Assembly: GCA_942493095.1 (NCBI GenBank)
Contig: OW818675.1
Coordinates: forward strand, 600,001 to 632,000
Source of the DNA: Candidatus Electronema halotolerans
GTDB lineage: Bacteria > Desulfobacterota > Desulfobulbia > Desulfobulbales > Desulfobulbaceae
Direction: 5' to 3'
DNA: 32,000 nt
The translations under genes were made by a program, and so were the position numbers. This document shows, piece by piece, positions 19,191-26,140 of the stretch (the stretch's first letter is position 1; each line of letters starts with the position of its first letter). The notes below the pieces were generated by a model. That model saw only the letters and a list, made by a program, of their open reading frames with translations. It was not told the origin of the DNA and made no database searches.

Positions 19191-19421
19191 AAACAAATGC
19201 TGTTAAACAACCAAGAAATTTTGTTTATCAACAAAGGAAGGTTGTTCAACCAGAAAGAAGTGCTTTTTGATCGCAAAGAAGTTGTGCTGATCAAGGAAGA
19301 AATGTTGTTCGATAAAGAACGAGTTTTGATAAACCACAAAGGAATGTTGTTTATCCGCAAAGAAGTTTTGATTCCTGACAAAGAAACGTTGTTCAACAAC
19401 AAGGCTCTGTTATCAGTCAGC
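19191..19421. repeat. degenerate tandem repeat, period 21 bp, 11 units
   Basis: The consensus is roughly AAAGAARTGTTGTTCAACMRC. Several units contain GTTGTT-n-AACAAC or TTTGTT-n4-AACAAA palindromes. Read in the frame of ORF 19179-19514 (TTG start), the units give the heptads KQMLLNN QEILFIN KGRLFNQ KEVLFDR KEVVLIK EEMLFDK ERVLINH KGMLFIR KEVLIPD KETLFNN KALLSVS. Confidence 0.9.
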
Positions 19422-19507
19422 AACAAACCGAATTTCTACGATTCTTCCTGCCGGAAAAGCGGCTCTTCCGCAAAGACAACGGCCATGCCGCGCTGTTCTC
19501 TCAAAAC

Positions 19508-19555
19508 AAAATAGACGAGGCCGTGCGCTCGCTTTCAGCGCATCTGGGATCAGAC
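19508..19555. repeat. orphan copy of the 36-bp repeat plus 12-nt tail
   Basis: 19508-19555 aligns with 19057-19104, which is unit 3 plus the following atgggctgggac. I count 39 of 48 identical positions by hand. The first 14 nt are identical to unit 1. It ends 15 nt before the HAD-like start codon. Confidence 0.85.
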
Positions 19556-19569
19556 AAGTATATTAAGCC

Positions 19570-21702
19570 ATGCAGCATTCATCCAAAATCGCTCCGACAT
19601 GGACAGTCGGCCAAGATTCCTTTGCCCATATCTGCCGCTATCTCCAAGAACAGGCCGAGGACGGGGTCAAATACTTCTGCTTTGATTATTTCGACACCTT
19701 GGCGGTGCGCGAGATTGAGCCGGAATACAGCAAGCAGCTTGCCGCCCGTCTGCACAGCCAGCTCTTGGCGAGCAAAATGCCGCCGGAGCAGCTCTACGCC
19801 CTGCGCCAGCAGATCGAGCGAGAACTTTGCGAAGCAAGCGCAGCAGCAGGCGGCGAGCTGGAATTTTACATGCAACCCTTTATCCGCGCCTACCGCCAGA
19901 AATTGCTGGAGCAGCTTGGCTATCTTGCCCAACTCCGCGATGCGGAACGCTTCACGAAAATCATCCTTGCTCTTGAAACGACTGTAGAAAAGACAGTGCA
20001 GCAGCCCTGCGCCGAAGCTGTGCAGGTGCTCGCTTGGCTGCGACAGCAGGGTTTCCAAACCGTGCTGGTTTCAGATTTCTATCTGCCGAGCCGTTGCTTC
20101 ACCGAAATGCTGGCAAATCTGAGTTTGGACGGCCAGTTTGATCACATTTATATTTCCGCTGATCACGGCTTGGCTAAGTCATCTGGCAGGCTTTATGAAA
20201 AAATTTGCCAAGACCTAAACTGCCAGCCGGATGAGCTGTTGATGATCGGCGACAATCCCCATTCTGACGTGAAGCAGGCGCAGGAGAACGGACTGCGCTG
20301 TCTGCATCTGCTCAATCCTGCGCAAAAAGCATTCTACAAGCAATGGCAGCCTGCCCAGCTTGATGCGCCGGACAAGGCGCGGCAGCGATTCAACAAAGCA
20401 GCGGCTGAGTCCGGCCTGTTTAAGGAAACCGGCACCAGCCTCTGGCTCTTTACGTGGAATCTGCTCCAGAACTTGCTCCAACAGCAGACGCAGGATGTTT
20501 TCTTCTTTTCCAAAGAAGGCGAGTTCCTGAAAAAGCTGTTTGATCAGATGCAGGCCGACCTTTTCGGCAGGCCGGTCGTGCGCAGCCACTATTTGCTGGT
20601 TTCGCGCAAGGCCACCTTTCTTGCCTCGCTCAAGCCGCTGGACGAGGAAGATTTCAGCCGCCTTTTTTATTTCTACCGCAACATCTCGCCGCGTGATTTT
20701 CTTCTCAGTCTGAACATTGAGGAGCCGTTGGCCGCTGAACTCTGTCAGCAGGCTGGAGTGGATTTCCAGACCCGCCTACCGGATTTGGTCAATCAGCCTG
20801 CTTTTCAGCAGCTCTTGGCCTTTGCGCCCTTCCGGGAATTGTACGAGCAGCGGCGCAGCAGCCAGCGAAGGAATTTCATTGCCTACTTGGATTCCTTCAA
20901 CGTTGATTACAAAAACAATGTCCTGACCATTGTTGATGTGGGCTGGAAAGGGTCGATCCAAGACAATATCTGGCACATTCTTGGCGGACAGGTGCGGATG
21001 CAGGGTTATTACGCAGGCTTTCTTGATGCTGCGGTCAAGCAGCCGAACAACGACAAGCTGGGCCTGCTCTTTGACAACACCAGACCGCTGCCGTATTTCA
21101 ATGTCTATAACAACAACCGCTCACTCTTTGAGATGATGCTCGGTGCCTCGCATGGCAGCGCGGACGGTTATTTCACGGCAGAGGAATTTGCCAGCCAGCC
21201 TGATGATCATCATCGGGAAATACGCCAGCGCATTGAGACCGAATCTGGCGAATTGCTGATCGCTGCCTTAGATATGCCGGAAGAACGCGCCCTATTTGAA
21301 GAGAAAATCAGGCCGCTGCAAGAACAGATGCTGGCAGAGGCGGCCCGGCTCAATCTGGCCTGTCTTCGCTCCGGCTGCGCTGTGCCTGATTTAGAATGGT
21401 TCGCCCGCCGTCATGCCCGCATGGTTTTCCTGCCTATACGCAAGGAAGTTGAGTTTTTTGAAAATCTCTATCACTTAGAGAACTTCGGCGTGTTTGAATA
21501 CACCGACTTCCGCACTGGCAGCCGTCTTTCCCTGAAGCAGCGATGGAACAACTTTGTCAAAATGCGCAGCAATCCTGCCATGTTGGAAATGGGTATCTGG
21601 CCGCCGATTATTCTCCGGCGGCTGGGGCTGGACTGGTACCGGCACATCAACGGCAGAAGACGGTTTCAGCGGGAGTTTGGCAGCTATTTTTTCACGGATT
21701 GA
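19570..21702 (+). CDS. large HAD-superfamily hydrolase-like protein with about 450-aa C-terminal extension
   Basis: 710 aa. HAD motif I variant is YFCFDYFDTLAVRE, motif II-like is VLVSDFY, and motif IV is MIGDNPHSDV. From memory this resembles the COG5610-type predicted hydrolases with the FDxFDTL signature. The C-terminal part (VDVGWKGSIQDNI...) has no function I can assign. Confidence 0.7.
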   Translation: MQHSSKIAPTWTVGQDSFAHICRYLQEQAEDGVKYFCFDYFDTLAVREIEPEYSKQLAARLHSQLLASKMPPEQLYALRQQIERELCEASAAAGGELEFYMQPFIRAYRQKLLEQLGYLAQLRDAERFTKIILALETTVEKTVQQPCAEAVQVLAWLRQQGFQTVLVSDFYLPSRCFTEMLANLSLDGQFDHIYISADHGLAKSSGRLYEKICQDLNCQPDELLMIGDNPHSDVKQAQENGLRCLHLLNPAQKAFYKQWQPAQLDAPDKARQRFNKAAAESGLFKETGTSLWLFTWNLLQNLLQQQTQDVFFFSKEGEFLKKLFDQMQADLFGRPVVRSHYLLVSRKATFLASLKPLDEEDFSRLFYFYRNISPRDFLLSLNIEEPLAAELCQQAGVDFQTRLPDLVNQPAFQQLLAFAPFRELYEQRRSSQRRNFIAYLDSFNVDYKNNVLTIVDVGWKGSIQDNIWHILGGQVRMQGYYAGFLDAAVKQPNNDKLGLLFDNTRPLPYFNVYNNNRSLFEMMLGASHGSADGYFTAEEFASQPDDHHREIRQRIETESGELLIAALDMPEERALFEEKIRPLQEQMLAEAARLNLACLRSGCAVPDLEWFARRHARMVFLPIRKEVEFFENLYHLENFGVFEYTDFRTGSRLSLKQRWNNFVKMRSNPAMLEMGIWPPIILRRLGLDWYRHINGRRRFQREFGSYFFTD

Positions 21703-21783
21703 TTGCGGGCAGCGCAAGAGAGATTTCGTGAGATTTTTGAGCGCAACTTTTCGTAATATTTACAAAATAATCCCACCTCAGCA

Positions 21784-21843
21784 CCGATGACCCTGCCCGG
21801 CCCTTGGGTCTTTTTCCCGGAAAAATGAGCTGTTTGGCTTATT
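21784..21843 (+). promoter_or_regulatory. leader module copy 1 with mini-ORF MTLPGPWVFFPEK* (21787-21828) and stop-codon hairpin
   Basis: It shares ccgATGACC...TGGg..TTTTTCCc.g.aAAATGAG with 23119-23152. A 6-bp hairpin aatgag (21824-21829) - N8 - cttatt (21838-21843) contains the TGA. The module lies about 110 nt upstream of the FmdE-like start codon. Confidence 0.5.
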
Positions 21844-21891
21844 GTCCGGGCTGCTGGAATATGTTTTCTTGAAGGAAAGGCAAACAAACCG

Positions 21892-21922
21892 CTTGAGCGC
21901 AGGCTCAAGAGCATTTTTCTTC
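21892..21922 (+). terminator. candidate leader attenuator hairpin before the FmdE-like gene
   Basis: CTTGAGC-gcag-GCTCAAG forms a 7-bp stem (21892-21909). It is followed by agcaTTTTTCTTC and ends about 10 nt before the GGAGGAG SD of the gene starting at 21940. Confidence 0.4.
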
Positions 21923-21939
21923 ACCACAAGGAGGAGTAC

Positions 21940-23031
21940 ATGTTCCGCAGCAAAACAAGACACAAAAAACTGGCAGTGCTGATAGCCCTCACCGCAGGCT
22001 GCCTGATGCTGGCTTCTGTCACTTGGGCAGGCGGCAGCAATGCCGATTCCGAGTACAGCCGCTGGCAGAATGTCGGGGCGCAGGCCGCGTTCAAAGCGGC
22101 GGCGATGATCCGCAAGCAGTCGCCCGGATTCAAAACTGCTGACAGCATTGCCATGACCAATGCCGGTTATGCAGACATCAACGGCCAGTCAACAATGGCT
22201 GCGCTGGACGGCCTGAGCAGCGTTCTCAAGGTCAGCCGGGGCGCACAGAGCCTGATTGAAATCCACAGCTCGGCCAGTACGCCGCTTTGGTTTGCGGTCT
22301 ATGATAAAGATTCTGGCAACTGCGCCTACTTGCAGGTTGATCCGGCAGCCATGCAGGAAGAAGATGCGCCGCTCTTCAGCAAAGAGGCGGTGGAGCAGGT
22401 CAATGCCGAGCATCTCTTTGCCAATCCGGCTGAATACGGGCAGAAGTTTGATGACAAAGTCTTTGGCGGCAACGAGTTCCGCATTGTCACCATTGCCAAC
22501 GCGCTGACTGCCGGAGTTTCCACCAAGGCGTTGCGGGCCTTTGAGTTCCATGACCACTACTGCCCCGGCGTGACTTCCGGCATTTTGATGGCTAAATACA
22601 TTGAGCAGCATTTCAGCGGCAGCCTGTTCATTCAGAGCATTCAGCCGTGGTGCAAGGAAGATGCGTTGCAAGCCATCCTCAACACCACTCCGGGCAAAAA
22701 AGGTTATGATGTCCTTTATCCGACAGAAACTGATCTTGCCAATTGGCCGAACTGGGCCAAAGCCGCCTCCACCATTGTCTATAACAAAGCACCCGGTTCA
22801 GATATTTGGACCGGCACAGCCTTGGGATTCCAGTTCAGCGAGACCGGCTGCCCAGCCTACGGCCACAGCGTGTTAGACAAACTCTGCGCTGATCTCTGGT
22901 ATTTGGACAAGATGGATCGCCTAGAAGACTTCATCACGGTTGAGCACAACTTCCAGCTGGGCGCAGACAGTGACCCGAAAGAGCTGGCCCGTCCCGGCGT
23001 TGATCCAGTACGCATGATCACCAAATTGTAG
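21940..23031 (+). CDS. exported FmdE-domain protein
   Basis: 363 aa with an AAGGAGGAG SD. The signal peptide is KKLAVLIALTAGCLMLASVTWAGG. It carries the FmdE signature FEFHDHYCPGVTSGILMAKYI, plus further Cys residues (QPWCKED, ETGCPAYGHSVLDKLC). Confidence 0.75.
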   Translation: MFRSKTRHKKLAVLIALTAGCLMLASVTWAGGSNADSEYSRWQNVGAQAAFKAAAMIRKQSPGFKTADSIAMTNAGYADINGQSTMAALDGLSSVLKVSRGAQSLIEIHSSASTPLWFAVYDKDSGNCAYLQVDPAAMQEEDAPLFSKEAVEQVNAEHLFANPAEYGQKFDDKVFGGNEFRIVTIANALTAGVSTKALRAFEFHDHYCPGVTSGILMAKYIEQHFSGSLFIQSIQPWCKEDALQAILNTTPGKKGYDVLYPTETDLANWPNWAKAASTIVYNKAPGSDIWTGTALGFQFSETGCPAYGHSVLDKLCADLWYLDKMDRLEDFITVEHNFQLGADSDPKELARPGVDPVRMITKL

Positions 23032-23051
23032 CATCAGCAACGCTCTCTCCT

Positions 23052-23108
23052 GGCGGCAGCCGCAGCTCCTCTCCTCGTTCCTTTCTTTGCGGCTGCCGCC
23101 TTTTTCCC
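23052..23108 (+). terminator. intrinsic terminator after the exported FmdE-like gene
   Basis: GGCGGCAGCCGC (23052-23063) pairs with GCGGCTGCCGCC (23089-23100) in a 12-bp perfect stem with a 25-nt loop. TTTTT follows. Confidence 0.75.
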
Positions 23109-23118
23109 CTTCCTGCGC

Positions 23119-23166
23119 CCGATGACCTGGGCATTTTTCCCAGCAAAATGAGTCTTCCGCCTCATT
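23119..23166 (+). promoter_or_regulatory. leader module copy 2 with mini-ORF MTWAFFPAK* (23122-23151) and stop-codon hairpin
   Basis: This is the same module as 21784-21843 minus 12 nt (four codons, in frame). The hairpin aatgag (23147-23152) - N8 - ctcatt (23161-23166) contains the TGA. It lies about 90 nt upstream of the TonB-dependent receptor start codon. Confidence 0.5.
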
Positions 23167-23241
23167 GAACGGGCACTCGGAAAAAGTTATAAAATTTGAA
23201 CTTTGAGCTGGGTTTTCAGCATTCTTTCCGAGGTGAAGACA

Positions 23242-25455
23242 ATGAAGAAGAAAAAATATCAAAAAACTGTGCTGTTAGGACTTGCTGCCGCTGCTGCGGC
23301 CGGGCAGGGTTATGCGGCGGAAACCCAGATGGCGGAAGTGGTGGTCACTGGCGAGAAGCTGATCACGCCGACCATGCAGGCCAGCGAGACGGTCTATACT
23401 GGCAGCGAGATCACGCCCAAGGGCATTGAGATTCAGGGCGTGAAGGCCAGCACCAGTGTTTATGGCACCTTGGACATGCTGCCGGGCGTGAACGTTGAAA
23501 GCGCGGACAGCAGCGGCCTTGCTGCCGAAACAGGCAGCATCCGGGTGCGCGGCGTGCGCAGCTCAATGGGGGCTATGACCGTGGAAGGAGTGCCCAACTA
23601 CGGCGGCAACCCAATTGGCCCGCGTGATTATCTTTATGACCTTGAGAACATGCGCGGCGTGTCCATGTACAAGGGAGCCGTGCCTGGCGACATCGGCACT
23701 GGGGTCGGCTCACGCGGCGGCGCGATTGAGCTGCGGCCTGCTTGGCCGGACGGCGACCTTGGTCTGCATTTCAAGCAGAGCTTTGGCTCCAACAGCTACA
23801 CCCGCAGCTATTTCCGGGTTGATTCCTGCCCCCTGCCTGAGACCGGCACCAGCGCATCAGCAGCCTTGTCCTACAGCGAGGCGGACAAATGGCGCGGCCC
23901 TGGAACCTTGGGACCGCGAAAGAACGCCAATCTCAGCCTCAATCAGCCCTTGGGCGACAAGGCGGACATCAAGCTCTGGTACAACCACAACGATCTGGAC
24001 CAGCATCTGTACCGCTCCCTGAGCTGGGATGAAATTCAAGACTTGTCAGCCAATTACGACAAGGACTACAATGCCTCCCTGACCGGCATTCCAGCCCAAG
24101 ATATTGATTATTACGACTACAACCGGGGCGAGTATCAGAATGACGACATCCTTGCCGTGATGACCATGCAGGTCACAGATGCCCTGCGCCTGACCGCCAA
24201 GCCCTATCACAGTGAGGAAGACACGCACATCCTCCAAGGCTCCACCACCAGCGGCGGCTCGGTGCAGAAACGAACCCGCGACATCACCCGCTCCGGCATC
24301 ATCGGCGAGGCCCTGCTGGAGCGCGGCGAGGTCAAGGCGACGCTGGGCTATCATTTTGAAGATGGGGAAATGAACATCTTCACCCAGAATTACGCCATGA
24401 CCAAATCCGGTCTTGATTACCGAGGCTATGGCCGGATGTCAGCCAGTGAAGGCAGCAACTATCTCAACAGCCCGTATTTCAAGCTGGCCGGCAGTCACGG
24501 CCCGTGGGACTGGCAGGCAGGTCTGAAGTATTTCCACTATGAGGAATCGTCGAGCCAAGGCTATGTTTCCGGCCCTGGCCCGGCCTATGCCCTCAAGCGC
24601 GCCCCTGATCTGGACCGCAGCGGCGGCGATTTGGACATCTGGCTGCCCACCGCAGGCGGCGCCTGGCACTTCAACGACAAGATGGAGGCTCATGCCAGCT
24701 ACGGCAGAACCTTTATCCGGCCCTATTCCTACATGCCGCTGCACAACATCTACCTTGCCAACCGGGACGCATTTCAGGCCCAAGGCATCAGTCTGCAAGA
24801 CCTGTTTAACGGCTACGACTTTGAGCGGGCCAATATTGTTGATGTTGGTCTCCGCTGGACTGAGGAGCGGTTTGAAATTGCCCCGACCTTTTTCTATGGC
24901 AAGCATGAGGACCTGCTGACCACCATTTATGATCCCCGTGTTGATCTCAACTATCAGCAGAACGTGGGCGAGGCCACCGGCATGGGCCTTGATCTGGAGA
25001 TGAACGCCTTTTTGGACAAGGGCCTGACCCTGTTCTTCAATCCGACCTACACTTCCATGACATACGACAATGACCTGACCTATGCGGGCAAGACCCGGCC
25101 CACCAAGGACAATCAGGTCATTGACACCCCGGAATGGATGCTCAAGACCGGCCTGATCTGGAACTGGCGGGAGTTTGAGGTCGTGCCCATGCTGCGCTAT
25201 ATCGGCGAACGCTATGTCGATGCGGAGAACATCAATGAGGTGGATTCAGCCATTGTCGCTGACCTGCGGATGAGCTACACGCTGCCGCAGCTACTCCAGA
25301 GCAAGGAGGCCAAGCTCTCCTTGGAGCTGAACAACCTGTTTGACAAAGAATACATCTCCAGCATCAATGGCTCGGACGACAGTCGGAACGGGCAGGCCAG
25401 CTTTTATCAGGGCGCGCCTTTTGCGGCCATGCTGACTTTTTCTTTGCGCTACTGA
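23242..25455 (+). CDS. TonB-dependent outer-membrane receptor
   Basis: 737 aa from the ATG at 23242, with a GAGGTG SD. The signal peptide is MKKKKYQKTVLLGLAAAAAAGQGYA. A TonB-box/plug start is present (ETQMAEVVVTGEKL), followed by a plug region (IRVRGV). The beta-barrel body is Y/G/N-rich and ends in the terminal aromatic LTFSLRY. Confidence 0.9.
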   Translation: MKKKKYQKTVLLGLAAAAAAGQGYAAETQMAEVVVTGEKLITPTMQASETVYTGSEITPKGIEIQGVKASTSVYGTLDMLPGVNVESADSSGLAAETGSIRVRGVRSSMGAMTVEGVPNYGGNPIGPRDYLYDLENMRGVSMYKGAVPGDIGTGVGSRGGAIELRPAWPDGDLGLHFKQSFGSNSYTRSYFRVDSCPLPETGTSASAALSYSEADKWRGPGTLGPRKNANLSLNQPLGDKADIKLWYNHNDLDQHLYRSLSWDEIQDLSANYDKDYNASLTGIPAQDIDYYDYNRGEYQNDDILAVMTMQVTDALRLTAKPYHSEEDTHILQGSTTSGGSVQKRTRDITRSGIIGEALLERGEVKATLGYHFEDGEMNIFTQNYAMTKSGLDYRGYGRMSASEGSNYLNSPYFKLAGSHGPWDWQAGLKYFHYEESSSQGYVSGPGPAYALKRAPDLDRSGGDLDIWLPTAGGAWHFNDKMEAHASYGRTFIRPYSYMPLHNIYLANRDAFQAQGISLQDLFNGYDFERANIVDVGLRWTEERFEIAPTFFYGKHEDLLTTIYDPRVDLNYQQNVGEATGMGLDLEMNAFLDKGLTLFFNPTYTSMTYDNDLTYAGKTRPTKDNQVIDTPEWMLKTGLIWNWREFEVVPMLRYIGERYVDAENINEVDSAIVADLRMSYTLPQLLQSKEAKLSLELNNLFDKEYISSINGSDDSRNGQASFYQGAPFAAMLTFSLRY

Positions 25456-25528
25456 GCCGCGCCGGATGCTCGCGGCTTTGGCGGGCAAATTTTTGCATTG
25501 CAACTTTCATCAGCACAGGAGAATTTTT

Positions 25529-26062
25529 ATGAGCACAGAGAATGACTGGGACCAGTGCGTCGCCTTTCATGGCCATGAATGCCCCGGATTAGCGATTGGC
25601 TATCGGGTGGCCAAGGCGGCGCAGAAACGATTGGGCGTGAGCTTCTCGCCTGACGAGGAAGTGGTCTGCATTACGGAAAATGATGCCTGCGGTTTAGATG
25701 CCGTGCAGTTTCTCACTGGCTGCACCTTGGGCAAGGGCAACCTGATTTACCGCGACCGGGGCAAGCAGGCTTTCAGCTTTTTCGTCCGCCCCCAGAACAA
25801 AAAGCTGCGGGTGGTGCTGTCGCTAAAGTTTGACCGGGACAAGATGGACCGGGAAGCTCTGAAAAAACAAATACTCACCATGCCGGATGAGGACTTGTTC
25901 GCCTTCAGCGAGCCGAACTACGACCTGCCGAGCCGGGCGCGGATTTTCAAAAGCGTGACCTGCGAACAGTGCGGCGAGACCTGCTCCGAGCGCAACGTCC
26001 GTTTGCACGAAGGCAGGCAGTTCTGCATGGATTGCGCCCCGGATTATTCGCGGGGCTGGTAA
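25529..26062 (+). CDS. cytoplasmic FmdE-family protein with C-terminal zinc ribbon
   Basis: 177 aa from the ATG at 25529, with an ACAGGAGAA SD. The sequence reads MSTENDWDQCVAFHGHECPGLAIGYRVAKAA and carries the C-terminal motif CEQCGETCSERNVRLHEGRQFCMDC. There is no signal peptide. Confidence 0.85.
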   Translation: MSTENDWDQCVAFHGHECPGLAIGYRVAKAAQKRLGVSFSPDEEVVCITENDACGLDAVQFLTGCTLGKGNLIYRDRGKQAFSFFVRPQNKKLRVVLSLKFDRDKMDREALKKQILTMPDEDLFAFSEPNYDLPSRARIFKSVTCEQCGETCSERNVRLHEGRQFCMDCAPDYSRGW

Positions 26063-26085
26063 GCTTGCAGGGCAGTTTTCAGCAG

Positions 26086-26123
26086 GGCAGGTCTTGATTG
26101 ACCTGCCTTTGTTTTTTGTTTTT
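26086..26123 (+). terminator. intrinsic terminator after the FmdE/Zn-ribbon gene
   Basis: GGCAGGTC-ttgatt-GACCTGCC forms an 8-bp stem (26086-26107). It is followed by TTTGTTTTTTGTTTTT. Confidence 0.75.
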
Positions 26124-26140
26124 CGCCAGACTAACTTATC

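Noticed and set aside
18985-19555. 36-bp palindromic repeats as a possible CRISPR array
   Set aside because: The three units are directly abutting without spacers and lie in frame inside a coding region. The fourth copy is about 415 bp away. No cas genes are present in the window.
23128-23145. Sigma54-type promoter reading of TGGGCA-N-CCCAGC in leader module copy 2
   Set aside because: The GG to GC spacing is one to two nt off the TGGCAC-N5-TTGC consensus. Copy 1 lacks the GC element altogether.
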